Below are positions 49,034 to 63,220 of a DNA stretch of 64,000 bases, piece by piece. How positions within the stretch are numbered: position 1 is the first letter of the stretch; the number at the start of each line of letters is the position of its first letter. Both the position numbers and the translations under genes were made by a program. Where the stretch lies: positions 60,140,001 to 60,204,000 of the forward strand of contig CM060732.1 in the NCBI GenBank assembly GCA_030704615.1. The letters run 5' to 3'. The notes beneath the pieces were generated by a model. That model saw only the letters and a list, made by a program, of their open reading frames with translations. It was not told where the DNA came from and did no database searches. The stretch is from Takakia lepidozioides. Lineage: Eukaryota; Plantae; Bryophyta.

Positions 49034-49794
49034 TACATTCGCTTTTAAATCCTCTATAGGGTAAAGTGCCCGCGGATAACTAAACCTCCTCGAGTTCGTG
49101 TGGGGTTGTAACGCACCATGAATGTGGAATTCGATCCCCAAAATCCAATAGTCACGTGCGGTTCGCTGGCATTGACCACTCACAGCAAACATGTAGCTAA
49201 TTTTAACAGCACTACTGCGGCCATCAACCTCAACAAAGGCATCACCATGTAGTTGCGAATCTACTGCCAGTCACACTGCAGGGTAAGAGGGAGTGAGTGA
49301 GAGGTGTGGGTGAGAGGTCTTACCAGAGGAGGAGCACCAGTGGCAACTGCTGCCCTAACTGACAAGCTTAGGTTGTTCTGCTTTCTGGAGGTGCTAGCAC
49401 ACGCTTCCCACAAGAAGCTAACTGGTCTTGAACTTGACACAGGTCCATGTGCCCGGAGACCTTCGAATGTGGACAGATAAGTGACAGCCTGCAATAGCTG
49501 ATTTTAGAATCCCACTGAATCGGACCATGAAATTTACGAGAAGGCCCAGACACCATGCAATTTCTACTGACAAAATATCCATGTATTTGGCAAGAGAAAC
49601 TGATACCAAATTCACCAGTGCTGTATTGCAACTACTTTATGAGGATCTCGGGCACAGCCCAGAGGACGTACCCCGGACGATGAAGAAGCCCCACGAGAGC
49701 GTGAGGGCGGAGACGCAAAGGCCGAGTAGTGGGAGACAGAGGACGATGCCACAGCCAGAGATGTGAGAGCAGGTGTTGCCATGGTGGACGCCAT
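48361..49794 (-). CDS. PRPS10: Nuclear-encoded plastid 30S ribosomal protein S10 (exons 49794-49672, 49488-49324, 48675-48361)
   Basis: Ser/Ala-rich transit peptide; KQKIRIKLRSYW...[38 protein letters not shown]...LDLPAGVDVEVKL. A small additional middle exon cannot be excluded. Confidence 0.93.
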
Positions 49795-50610
49795 CGTTGA
49801 GAAGAGATAAGAACCCGAGATGGGCGTAAGATGTAGGTAAGCGTAGCCCAGAGCAGCCGATGGACGGATGATTGAAGGATTGAAGGTAGGAACTAGGAAC
49901 CTACAGATGATTTCCTTCGGCTTCACCCAAATTTCACCCAGAGCACCCTGCTCTCGGGTGAGATTTGGAGTGTGGTTCATGCACACTAGTTTTTCATACA
50001 TTTTAACAAATCAGAAGATGGCGGAAAACTTAGTACATGTTCCTGAACTGCCCAAGTTCTGGAATTTTAAGCCTTCTGACAATTTCTGACTTGTAGTCAT
50101 CTCCTACTTGTACTCCACGGCTTGATAACATTGGAATTTTTGAGGGTGTTGGAGTGACTCCATTATAACTCAGAGAACTTGTCGGAAGAAAATTCCTTCA
50201 TGCATTGTGATGAACAAGTGTTGCAATGGCTGCCTCAGAACTGACACTCCTATATGGGCTGACTTTACCTATCCAACAGTAAAAGGCTTAAATACATCCT
50301 TTTAGGGGGCACTGAAAAATGTGGAAGCAGTAGTCAAATAGAAACAGATCCAATCTAAATATACTCAACATTTGTGCAAATGCACATACATGCAGTGTGT
50401 GGTGAGGGTCGTATAGCTCTTTCTCTCACTTGCTTTACACTTTCCTTGCCATTTTCCTAGACTCTTTTTTCAGCCACTTTAAATGGAGACCATGGGTAAG
50501 GCCTAGCTATGCAAAATCTCGACAAGTGCCCTCTACAAATAGTGAAATGTACAGTGTCGAATTGCAGATGGCAAAAGTCCATCAGGGTGGTACACAGTAC
50601 TGATGCGCAC

Positions 50611-53600
50611 TTATCTCCCCACTCCGACATCCTCAGTCTCTGCTTCCTCTGCCTCTGGTACCAAAATGACATCACCTGCATGATTCAAATGCTCTCTGTA
50701 TGTTAACCAAACACTAAATCAGAGCACCATCACACATATTGGTGGCCTTTGACGCAAACCACACGGGCTTTATCTTGACCAATGTAACCTTGGAAACTGC
50801 AAGCAACCGCAGTTAAGTTGTTTCTCAGTGCAGTTAGGATATCTACATCACTTCCTCAAGCCATACAATCTGGCGTGAGCTACAAAACTACCACTTGTAG
50901 GGTGCAAGTCTCATAAAAGAGTACAAATCTTGCAAGAAGGGACTGAAACTATGACCACACCCAGAGTATTGATGGTTTAATTTAACACTCTGTTGCAAAT
51001 CATCAGGCTGCAGTTACCTTCTTTGTAAGTATTCTTTGTAAGTACCGAGCTGTGACATTCATTCCATACCTTGCAGCATCACAGCTACATTTTATTCATA
51101 TGATACCAATGATACTGTACCTGAAACAATAAAATTGGGATCTTCTATCCCATTGGCAGCCTGCAGAGCCTGAATCTTTATACCAAATTTGCGAGACAGA
51201 GCATAAAGCGTGTCTCCCTGCAAAATCAAAACAAACCACAAACAAGAAACATGGTGGGACGTGTGACATTGCCTTACAGCCCACATCCTCTCTCTGACAT
51301 GTAAGGCAAGCAGCCATGATCACTCATATGTAGCCCAACCTACTCAAGAAACAAGGTACCTATGGAAAACTCAATCCCTTCTACGTAGCTGCTCACTCAG
51401 TGTATGGAATCTGAGGGTCTGAGACACTTCACTCCTGTCTGAAAATGTCCTTGTTACATTAGCCCTTGGAAAAGAACTATCGCGGTATTCACCAGTTCAA
51501 CCTTATACTTTGTGTACCAATATTCATGTCAGTAACAGATCCTCATCCCCGCAACTTTGGGAGTATAATTTGACTGCAATGAAAGGGATGGAGAGTACCT
51601 TCTTGATCACGTATGTCTTTGGAACCCATATCTCCTGTCCTGGGACAATGTTTTCAGCACTCAAAATACTGTTTGCCTGTACCAATTCGAGACCCCATTC
51701 AGTTTAGGCAGCAACCACAGTTTGTTCCATTGCTGCAAAGAAGAGTGGATACCTTCAATCTATGCCCATGTGTGCCCCACCTGCAGTACAGGGTTGAGTA
51801 TGTACATCCAAGTGTTTGAAGACCTTGCCAGGGAAATTAGCAGTATTGCAGAATCTTGACCTTGTCTCATCAAAACTCTTAATTTGGGATCTTGCTTTGA
51901 TACCTCTCTCCGAACCATACCCGTAAATGCTTAGTTCAGAATTAACTTCATTTTCAAAACAGAATGTCTATTCAGAGGCGGGTCGCCACCTAGCAGAGGC
52001 ATTTTGTAAGTGCTTTGTAGTAGTGCATAGATTTAGGTCTGGTTTTCTGTGGCTGGGTACTTTCTATGTCTAGCATACGATTTTGGGCTTGCGTGGACAT
52101 CAAAAAGCTCCTCTCTCTTAACTCTCTCTTATCTCATGTGCACATACACACCTACATTGGCCTGTTTGCCCATACCTCCATGAGGATATCCACGCGAATA
52201 TTGTACCGCTCGGCAATCTCCCACAAGGTCTCACCCCGCTGAATCTTGTACACAAAATTGCCCATTGGCTGCTCCGCTTCACCGGCCAGCCCCATCACAG
52301 TTAGTAACAAAAGGAAGCCACTCTTCTGATGCACATCCAGAAAAAGACAAACATCTAATACAGCACAGTTAAAGGTTGATTCTGGTGTTCAGATTTCTTC
52401 AGGAAAGCTCGACCATAGAAGAATACCCTGTTCTTCAGCATATGAGAACACATGTAGCGGCCCATTGTACCACTGTTTCCAAAACTTGCATAGAAGTTCC
52501 CATTCATTCCATGCAGCTATGATGAGAGCCAGGGTGATAAGCAGCTGTGATACAATTTCAAAGGCAAAAATATATGTAATAAGTTTACAAGGTACCTTGC
52601 GAAATTGTTCCTCGTTATTCTTGTGCCACTGGAGAAATCGCCATGGGTTTGGCCTGCCAGCCACCGGCAAACCTACTTATCTCGGGATATCTGGACACCC
52701 AAATCACTTGTCTTGTCTCTTCGGGAAACTTGTATCTTATCGATGCCTTGATAGAGAGCGAATTGGAATGTGGAAGACCAGAATCAACATGAACAGAGGC
52801 AATTCCCACATATCATGGGTATGTGTTAAGGTCTTAAGGACGTGCTAAAGCCAAATTTGAAGGTATCCACACTAGGCAAATAATCGAAATGTAACTTACT
52901 TCCTGTCGCCACCATCAGAAGCCATAGCTCTCGTGCAATGGAGTCGTTCTCTTCGCGAGTGCCTCTGTCTCTGATGAACCCAACCAGCAACAGGAAGCAA
53001 TCACAGGAATATAAAGAGCGTAATTAGAGCAATTCAAGCAGTAGACAGTTCGTGAAATTTCCCAACATTCTTGCCCACTGTTGACATTTGTTGCTACGTG
53101 TAGAGATGCCATCGATCGCTTGTTAGTCAGCTCAAATTTTATATGCATTATGGAACGACTTTCTCAAAAGCACCGTTCTTGGCAGAGGCCATGTCTGATC
53201 GATTACAAGCCACCGACCTGGCCAGCAATCTACCACCGTACTAGTGATATACCACAAAGGTGGCCTGATAATCTCTACTCAATTGCTCATAAATTGCTCT
53301 TCCAATCATGCAAGATACTTGAAGGAACTGACAGCTACGAAATGGGTGACCAAAAACGACCTCAGAAATTCTCAGCTCCCTTCCCCTGGTCGTCTTTCGC
53401 TCAAAGCTCAGTTACTTGGAATCACAGTGGGGCCTGGAGCTATTTTCACAATTAACCTGCCCTTGCTTTTTCAAAGAAAACACAACCCAAGCCGAGGGCT
53501 GATGGTTCAATGGCTGACGGATGCGATCGCAGATGAATGCATGGGAAAACAAAAAAACACGTCACAAACACAGGATTCTCACAAGAGGCACCGCCAACGC

Positions 53601-53690
53601 AGTGTGAGAACGCCAATGACACACTTCAGCAAGCGCAGTTGAAGCCGACACCAGCCTTGAGCTTCTACTCAGCGGTAACACCAACGCCAT
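50611..53690 (-). CDS. Tandem two-LysM-domain protein with putative organellar transit peptide (5' exon structure uncertain)
   Basis: Spliced LysM1 YKIQRGETLWEIAERYNIRVDILME|ANSILSAENIVPGQEIWVP and LysM2 TYVIKK|GDTLYALSRKFGIKIQALQAANGIEDPNFIVSG|DVILVP; last exon 50675-50611; likely ATG at 53690 (MALVLPLSRSSRLVSAS). Confidence 0.75.
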
Positions 53691-55163
53691 AGCACATCCA
53701 CCTCCTTCACTTTCTTCTCTACAAACCCACACGTACAAACACCCACACACGATCTTCTCTCTCTCTCTCTCTTTCGCTCTCTTTACTCGTTGAAATTGAA
53801 CCTCACAGACACAGACAGACAGACAGCTCCGATTCTCTCTCTCTTTCTTCGAGTAAACAGAAACACGCACAGCACAGTACAGAGGAGAGTGAGGTCTAGG
53901 AGATTTGCATTACCTCCATGGAGGTATTTTCTCTAGTATTACTAATAAATACTGTGGAAAACGGGCTAATGATACTTAAGTATTCCTCTGCGAGTAGTGA
54001 GAAGAAGCCATGTGTCCTGTCTTTAAGTCGAAACGTGTTGGTTATAGTTACCGGGTGCAGCCGGTTGAGCTGATCGCTTGCTGTCGACGATAGTTTTCAT
54101 CCACTGAGAGGGAGACTTCGTTCGTAGCGATGACAAGCTGAATGTTCATCCATCTTCCTGGAACAGAAACCAAACTTCTGCTCAGTTGAAGGTAGATTTA
54201 AGTTAGTAAGTTGAAAATAATCTCAATTATTATTAACCACACATTTTTACTAGTGTATCTTTTCCGTGGAGAGATGATGGTGTGTCTGTGGAAGCATGTT
54301 AGCTGCTTTGCACTACATCAGCTTCACAAGCCTCGGTTTACAGTCATTCTGTTGCCTCTCTCTCCCTCGTACGCACACCACCCCTCTCCTTTGCAGTCTA
54401 TCAAGCAACGTTGTTTTGTATTCATTCCCGATGGTCTACAAATCAAGGTTGCTTTTGTTTTGGGGCAGACTAAAAAATGATGACTTGACACTATAGCACC
54501 CTATTCCTCCTCTACACTAAAACTAGTCTCCGACTGACGTCTTTAGCCTTCAATTGTCACTAGATTAAGAGTTTATCCGTAAATTCAGACCTGAGATCAT
54601 TGTGAGTTGTTAAAAAATGCCAATTCAGCTGAGTTTGCTTTCCCTCCATAAAATGTTACAGAATACCCAGTTTAACCGAGTACTTCATGAAGAAATGGAG
54701 CCCAAGCGACCACTGTGTCACTCTCATGGATCAAACAATAAATCCCAGAGGGACAGACACATGAACCAGTAGAGATTGAGCAAAGATAGCTAGGAGAGAA
54801 AACCGTCCAATGGGAGGTGGGAATGGGTCAACATCATCGAAGGCCACGTTCAGAATACGAATTGTAAACAGAGCTAGTAAGACATAAATCAACATCATAC
54901 AACTCTTTAGAATCTTCATGCACGTACAAGTCTTTGTCCGTAGTCGTCAAGGAAGGGCCGATTGCCGCCGTGGCACCCTCCCATTTGCCAAGAGCAGTGG
55001 TTGTTATTTTGAATATTTTCCTACCTTATTTGGCTTTTCTTACCTGCCACTCCGTATTTGGGTGCCTAATTGATGGCTTCTCCAATGGCATTTGCATCGC
55101 TGCAACATTAAAAATACCCGGAAAACAGCTCAAATGACAAATTATTGTCTTTGGAAAAAAGTA

Positions 55164-55841
55164 TGTCGTGCGCATACATATCGCTACACTACTACATCGC
55201 TGTCCAAAACCACACAACACATGTGCACACCACACACTAGTATACCACTAGTCCACCTCTAGTCCAACCACTAGTCCAATCACTAGGCTACAACTAGTCA
55301 GTCACTAGGCTGCCACTATGTTGCCCACTATGGCAATCACTAGTCCACACAATGATAAAGAAGAATAATACAAGCACAAGCTCATGCGAGCTCACAAAGC
55401 TGAAGCATAAACTCATGCATATATAACCTCATCACTCAAATACAAGTCAAGCCAAATGTACTCCACGCCATGGGAAATCCACACTACGGCGCCATAGCTA
55501 GGCGCGGTGAGGCTCAACTTGAGAAGGATGAGCCTCCCGCGCTTGCCGTGAAAATAACCACTCCAGGGCCTAAATCTGCCTTGACCTGTGGATTGACACT
55601 TGGGCCAATCCCAAATGTCAATATGTAAAATCTAGCTATTTTCTAGCTCACACTAGTGGTAAAATAACTTGACAGCTGTCGTGCGCATACATATCGCTAC
55701 ACAACTACATCGCTGTCCAAAACCACACAACACATGTGCACACCACACACTAGTATACCACTAGTCCTACTACTAGGCTACAACTAGTCAGTCACTAGGC
55801 TGCCATTATGCTGCCCACTATGGCAGTCACTAGTCTACACA
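55164..55841 (-). repeat. B-GC-A-T-B terminal block of copy 2 (B2 55164-55351, A2 55353-55674, B1 55677-55841)
   Basis: Same order and the same junctions (GACAGCTGTC and TTTATCATTGTGTG) as copy 1. Confidence 0.95.
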
Positions 55842-56101
55842 ATCGTCCCCCTAGCTGGTGCTTAGGTCCCTCTAAGTTCAGGTAGCCACAAGATGTGATA
55901 GTTACCATAGCCTCACTAAGTCCTCCACCGCTGTCTCTACTACACTCAAACTCGATAGATCAAGAGGCCGGGTGCAAGAGTTGCCCCATCGTTAGTCGCC
56001 GTCTTGCAACCTGTGAACTTGAGTTTGGGATCTCGTGTATTGACTCCTATGAGTTTGGCCTCCCATGTCTTATTAACTGCCTCCAGTCATGTCCACTGCC
56101 A

Positions 56102-59100
56102 CTATCCCAAGCAGTGTGGACACAACCAATCTCCGTCAGGAACCTTCTCAAGAGGTGGTGTCAAGCATCCCATATGTCAACCCCTTGAGCATCGATCACA
56201 CACCAGCATGGTGGCTGCCCCTTTGGCAGACCCACAGAGCATGCACCTCAAACCTGCAGGTACCACTGCCAAGTTTGGGTCAACTCTGCCATCGACATTG
56301 GGAAGGTGACATGATGCACAATTACGCACATGGTGCTTTCAAGTCATGTCATCCCGACCCTCCAAGATCAGGACTCCTGAGGGCAACACCTCTCGAACCC
56401 TCAGAATAACACGCCCTGCAATGACATCCAGGGTCGTAGGAGTAGTCTGCTGCAAATAAACATGGTCACCAGGGCTAAACCTCCAAACCCCAGGACGATA
56501 TCCTCCACCACGTATAGTGGCATACCTCAACGTATCACGGTGTTGTGCAATGGCAAGGTTCTCAAAAGCCATGGGCATGACTTTCTTGAACAACTCTGCA
56601 CGCTGATCACATGCACATACCCACACGTCCGGATCATCAAGGTTAAGGACTTGAGCAGTGTCCCTACGAATGGCTGTAGGCAAATCCGGCTCTCGGCCAA
56701 AGAGAAGGAAATATGGTGAGAAAGATGCAAGTGATGGTTGTTTGCTGAACCTGCAGCCCATGGCTAACCAAGGCACCTGAAGATCCCAATCTCCTAGGTG
56801 TCCTTTCTGCAAGCCATACTTGCGCAAACCCCTCTTCACCGTCTGAACAACTTTCTCTGCCAAGCCATCGGCCTCAGGATGATCCCGAGAAGTGGTGCGG
56901 TGGTCTATCAAGGCTTCATCACACAAAGCCTAAAACTCCCCCAAGAACTCTCTCCCTTGGTCCGTGAGTACCTCAGCTGGAGCACCGAATCGGCTAAACA
57001 CACGATCCAAGAATGCATACGCAGCCCCCTCACTAGCCTTGTCAGGCAATACAACCAATTCAATCCACTTGGAGAAGTGCTCCACCATCACCAACACATA
57101 TCTGTGGTGGCGCATAGTCAGTGGCAACGGTCCTGCGAAGTCAAGACTCCACCTGTAGCCCAATCCCATGATTGGTAAATGATGCAACTGTGGTGTAGGG
57201 GCGTTGAATGAAGTACGCACCCTGTCACACACCATGCACCTAGCCACGAACTGTTTGCACCTCTGTATGCATACCACGCCACCAATACTGCCCCTGCAGT
57301 AAACTGTGAGTGCGTCACAGTCCAAAATGCCCCAACTCCTCATGGGCATGCCGTACTAACCGTGCACGCTGTGTGGGGTGAGGCACAATCCTCACCCGAC
57401 CATCCTCCCATACTCGGAGCAGGTGTATCCCCTCCACTTGAACCTCTTGGCTCGTTGTAGGATCCGATCCCTCTCATTGGCAGTCACAGTGGCTGCCATG
57501 TCTCCAGTACGGAGGTAGTCCAACACAGCCGAATCCTCATATATATCTCTGGTACCACCTGGCTCATCACTAGCCTCAGGGTCCTTAGACACTCCGTCTA
57601 CAGTCATCCCTATTGTAGGTCCAACTTGACCTCCCAGAGATTTTGAGTCCTCATCTGAATCAAAGACCTCTCCATGTCACTGTATCTATAGGGTCTCCGA
57701 AAGATTGGCGTGTCAGTGGCCAACTCAATACGGATCTCTTGACCCTTTAGTGCTCCTAAGTCCTTCAAACTGAAGGCAAAACAATTCATGTAAGCCCTCA
57801 GGAACCGCCGTATATGTCGTCTCTCTCCTCCGGAGACAATGGGTCCAATGTCAGGCTCCCAATTGTCATCCGTAACTACAACCTTAAGTCTAGTGGGCTT
57901 AGAGGTAGAGGACGCATCCAGTGGTTGCTATGTTGCAACCTCTTGAGCAGTACTCCCTACCTGCTCAGTCAATGACAAGGCCTCATCTTGCCCCATCATC
58001 TCATCCTCGAGGACTTCCTCAACCTTAGAAAAATCCCCAGCCTCATCCATCACCGCCACATTGGCTGCCAACTCCCTCTGAACCTCGAGCACCTCCCACG
58101 TGTGCCATGGATGCCTGCACCCCGTGGTCCTCACATGCTCGCCCCCACTCACTGCCTGTACCGTCTCGGTAGGCAGAGAGACCAACGAGGGAAGTGCACT
58201 CCGCACTCTGCGTTGCTCAGCCATAGCCAAGCTGATAATGCAGGTCAAGCAATTGAGATCCATTCCTTGCCCCAACACCTGACGACGTGCTGCCTCAGAA
58301 AGAGACGGCACCGCCGTGGTACCAGTGGTAAAACCCATTGCCCGCTCACGCTCGTCAGCATTAGGCTCCACTAACTGCTGCAACTGAGCATCCCACATGA
58401 AGCCAGGTCCACAATCCCAGAAAGCATGCGATCCTGGGAAGCTGAGCAGTGTAGGTAATGTTGCTCGTGGTTGACCCACCTTGTTGACCACTGCCAAAGG
58501 CGAACGGTCATCATGTCTCACACGCTGAGACTGCCTCCCTGTGTCCAGAATGCTATCCACTGTGAGATGTGTTGGCCGCTGCACCCCATCAAATGCACGC
58601 TTGAGCAGTGCGGGTGAGATCAAGTTAGTCCACCATAGCCGTGGACAATGAGCCTGTGACCCCACTATAGCTGCATCTAACAACACTGCTGACCCAAGCC
58701 ACGACCGGACTTGATGCACACTGGCCATCATCTTGGCCCGAGAATCGCCCATCAGTGGCATATTCTCCAAGATGTATGCTGGAGATACAGCTTGATGAAG
58801 CTGCAAGTGGCGCAAAACCTGCACCATCTTCCAAAACAGACCCGACCTCGAGTCTCGCAATCCATTGCCATGCCCGGCTGATGAATGCCCTTGGCAGGGC
58901 CAACTTGCCACTACCAGATCAATGGAGGCAACCCGCTCCAAATCCTGCGCCCCCAGCAACGAAATGTCTGCTGGCAAGACCTGTTGATATCCATGAACTG
59001 CAGCCACCGGCAACAACTCAGGGTACCACTGCACCAACTGAGCAACATGGCGAAGTGAAACGCGTCATGCAATCTCATCCCTCTCTACATACATGTAACG

Positions 59101-62100
59101 CCGAACTCGTATACCTGCCTGTAACACAGCAGCCAATCTGATGCTGATCCCGCCAAACAAGTCCAGAAGACAAATGTCTTCATCCGGATACTGCCACACA
59201 ACAGGTGTGGTGTCCAATGGAGACAACTGAGGTGGTCCTGGTGCAATCCCCGCACTCTCCTAGTCTCCTGATGGTACAAAAGCCTCCACCCAGGCTTATT
59301 GCACCCATCGATCAGCAACCCGTTGCAAATCCTTGCTCGTGCCCCACAATGGAGTCTGAGCAACCATGGCAGGCAACTCCACCATATCATACATGTCATC
59401 ATGTTCTTCTGGAGGTATGTCATCCTCTGAGTGAGCGTTTCCCTCAAGCAACTCTTCAGGCCAAGTCACTGCAGCTGTGAATGCTGCTAGTGTCGGCATC
59501 TTGCCCCGCTGGGCAACCGCAACTCCTCCTATAAATGTCACAAGGAGCTGCACACGCCGGCCCTCCCCTGACTACCATCCAGGCCTATAGGAAGCTAACT
59601 CCTCCCAAAAATCCAGGGTGAAGCCCATGGGGTACAACATTGCCCCACCAACCAGGACATCGTACGAGACCGCATCTGTCACAATGGCCTTGGCTCGCAT
59701 CACTGAGCCATCTGTAGGGTGATCCGTCCGTAGTCTGATAGCCAACTCATGCCGTGTCATGCCCGAGCCTGCTCCGATCCTCCCAGAGACGTCTGTATCT
59801 GGAAAGGACAAGACTCCATATCCGCCTCCATGAGGCCCAAGCCTGCAATAGCAGCTCTGCCCAACATCAATGGCTGAGCTCTTGAATCCAACAAGACCCG
59901 CAGTGGCCGGTATCTCTTGCCTGCCGGTCCACTCAAACAGAAAATGTCATCCTGGTTGTCTAACATGACAACTCCAGGTGTCACCATGGCGCGCTCAATG
60001 GCTGGCCTAGCTGGCAGCTCCATCAACCTGGCAGCTGCAGCTTGCCATGGCGCCGCCGTGGCACTCTTGACCCTCAAATCCGAGGATCCCTCCGGCACTA
60101 CACCTCCCACTATCTCCGCAGAAGATGAAGTAACATCCCCACCCTCACAGAGTGTAGCTGCCAGCCTGAACACCTCAGCTGGTCTTACCCCCGACGTCGC
60201 AATCATGGTAGCCGAGAACAATGGAGCCTGACACACAGATGTGGCCGCTCCCAGCAGCACACTAGCTGCCGTAGCCTTGGCAACACTAGGTAGTGGTGCT
60301 ACCCGTGTAGCTCTCCCCAATGGCGTAATAACCTCCGCCTCGATAACAGTCGGGCGAGAACTAGGTGCCATGGATGACGTCGACATTGTCTCCGCAAATG
60401 TGAATGACTGAGGGAGCCTAGCCTGACGGCTTGCCTCCCCACGCTGTGGATCCATCTCCACCTCTGCACCTCGTGGCTCAGGAACTCGTGCTGCTCCTCG
60501 AGTCACGGCTGCAGCAGACTTCACCTGCACTAGTGGTAGTGCTGCTCCGCATATGAATCCTATGCCTCCTATATCTCCTCCCTCAGGAACAGGAGGTGGA
60601 CCATCCGGCCTTGGAGCCGGTACCACCTGAGCTGTAGCCATGGCAGCGAGCCTCTGCTCTAGCTGCTGAAGCCGGTTGGCCATGCCTTGGTCAACACCCT
60701 AACCTCCGCGTCTTTGGCCCTGTTGAGCTTGCCCTTGGCCTACACCCCGTGCCTGGCCACCTCGTCCTCTTTGGGCTGCTCCCCCTCGCCCCCGGCCACC
60801 ATTGTTCCCTTGGAACTGGCCTGGGCACAACTCGGGATGCAAACCATAACATTGGGCCTTTCCATGCCCGTGCTTGCCACAATGCCTACACTGCAACTGT
60901 GCAGGCTGTGTATGTGCCGGCCCTTTGCCTCCCTCTGGACAATCCTTCTTGACGTGGGGTCCTCCACATGTCCAACACACCACATCCACCCGTTGTTGGC
61001 TTGCAAATGAAGGGAGAGACCCCTACATCTGAGGTCCTCTCTGCCCTTCCCTGAGCTTCACCTGAGCCCCCTTGTTGCCTTGAGCACGTTGAGGTAGTGG
61101 TTGGCTAGGAGCACCACTACCCCGTGGTGTCTCCTTAGCAAATCCCACCATGACCACTCGTTCCTCCGCCATGTTGAGCTCTATCCGCTCTGCCAGCAAA
61201 ACCATATTTGCTAAGGTGGGTTGGGCCGCTTATAGGAGAGTTGCATCCCGCACCCTTCTCCTCAGCTCATTGTCCAATATCCCATACCAGAATTGGACTC
61301 CTTGAGCTTCCGTAACCCCTTGGGTTACATTTATCAAGCGCCTCATGCGAGTGAAAGCCTCCCTCAAGCTCTCAGTAGGCTTCCGTTGGAACTCTTGCAA
61401 GCTCCGCAACTTCTCTGTCCTCACCCCTTGGTAGTTCCCTCTCAACTCTTCGAAGAACTCCACAACAGGGTTGAAGGCAGGCACGGGTACTGGTGCTGGT
61501 GCGGTAGTGGCTTGGGTGGACGTCGTAGCTACGGTACCACCAGTCCTACTAGTCCCACTGCTGCTTGCTGAAGCTGACGGTGCAGCGGCAAGTGTAGCCA
61601 CTGCCCTCGTGACTCTAGTGCCCCTAGTGATGGAGACATAGTCGGGTGACCAGTACATCCTCCACTCCTCGATCTCAACCTCATGCCCCCGCCTGAATTC
61701 ATGGTAATTATCCATAGGCGGCCCCTCAAGGTGCTGAAACAGCCCCTTCCATGCCATGAAAGGCGTAAATAGTTGTGGATTGCGCATTTGTTGCAAATCA
61801 CACCAATTATCAAACTCTTGGATAAAATCATCCAATTCGATGGTGCCCACCGCCCCAGAGTACCTTCGTGGCCCCTTGGTAGCTCCATACATCTCCTCCA
61901 TTGTGTCCCACAACAATGGCAAAAAAACAATTTGCACCACCGGTATAAGTCATCCTGATTCACAATCCGAATCAGAACCTTCCGTAGAAGACACAGGAGG
62001 TGAAGGTGGCCTAAACCGCACACCTCGTCTCGTGTACCCATTAGTAGCGCTAGTGCTCGAACTGGCACTGTCCCCAGCAACTAGTGGCACCTCCGTGTTG

Positions 62101-62108
62101 ACACTCAA
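56102..62108 (-). pseudogene. Disrupted gag-PR-MTase / pol of copy 2
   Basis: Fragment ORFs match copy 1. The MTase segment 57928-59037 is uninterrupted. About 1309 bp of RT/RNase H is deleted at a GGGAGG microhomology (57630-57635). Confidence 0.92.
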
Positions 62109-62834
62109 CCGGTCATGAACATGTCCCTAACCCCCTCTCCACAAGATAACCGGGTAGAGAACCTGTTGCGGCTTATGGTTTGGAATACTAAGTTCCTAAC
62201 ATAGCCTACACTTGTACCTGCATCCACCGCAAGCACTCCTATGGTTGGCTGGTCATCACCTCCAGCCTCACCACAAGAGAAACAATGATGGTCTGGCTGG
62301 TCATCACCCCAGCCTCACCATCGACAACATGCTCTAGGACTGGCTGGTGATCAAATCCGGAACAAGCGCCCACACAAAACTAGCATGGCGCACAGTCAAG
62401 CATGCAGGTATGGAGGGGATCCAAACACAAGAAATCAAAACGACAACTCCCCCACACCAAAAACAATTCTACGGTGTTGCTCCTACAAGGACACCCCAGC
62501 CAAACCCGGACTGACTCTTGCCTCCACCTAAGGAAAGGTCTTGGCCTAATGAGAGGGTGGAAACTACGAGGAAGAGAAGCTAAAGCAATGCCTAACCCCA
62601 GCATGCCCTCATCCCAACACTCTTCCTCTCCTCTATTCCCTCACTTGCATGACCATGGGAATATCATGAAGATACTCCTCAAACCGCCCTCCACGAGCTT
62701 CAAAATTCGGCCTTCAAGACCACATGCCAGTCCTTAGGCAGTCCACCAGTGTCTCCACGAGTCAGCACAGGCCGTCCACAGGTCAACACGGGCCACCACA
62801 GACCAGCATAGGCCCACACAGCTCACTGGTCACA

Positions 62835-63220
62835 CCCGTCACAGCCCCACACAGGCCACAGCCTATCACAGCCCATCACAACCCCAAAGGCCACAGGCAC
62901 AGCCTGTCACAACCCTACAAAGGTCACAGGGGTCACAGCCTGTCACAACCCCTCAAGCCCGTCACAGCCTATCACAGCCCTACACAGGTCACAAGGGTCA
63001 CAGCCCCTCACAGCCCCTCACAGCCCCACAGGCCACATGACACAGCCTGTCACAGCCCTACAAAGGTCACAGGGGTCACAGCCCCAAAGGCCACAGCCTG
63101 TCACAACCCCTCACAGCCCGTCACAGCCTGTCACAGCCCCAAAGGCCACAACCTGTCACAGCCCTTCACAGCCCCATAGGCCACTGGGCACAGCCTGTCA
63201 CAGCCCTACACAGGTCACAG
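62835..63220 (-). repeat. Leader minisatellite of copy 2 (GTCACAGCCC units on +)
   Basis: Same core unit as 13336-14683 but with different higher-order spacers (e.g. AAAGGTCACAGGG); the element is truncated here. Confidence 0.9.

Larger units (their letters stand above)
55164..63220 (-). mobile_element. Ty3/Gypsy-MTase-PHD retrotransposon, copy 2 (decayed, internally deleted, 5'-truncated)
   Basis: Colinear reverse complement of copy 1 from B2 back to the leader minisatellite; A1 and the PBS are missing; many stops. Confidence 0.95.
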
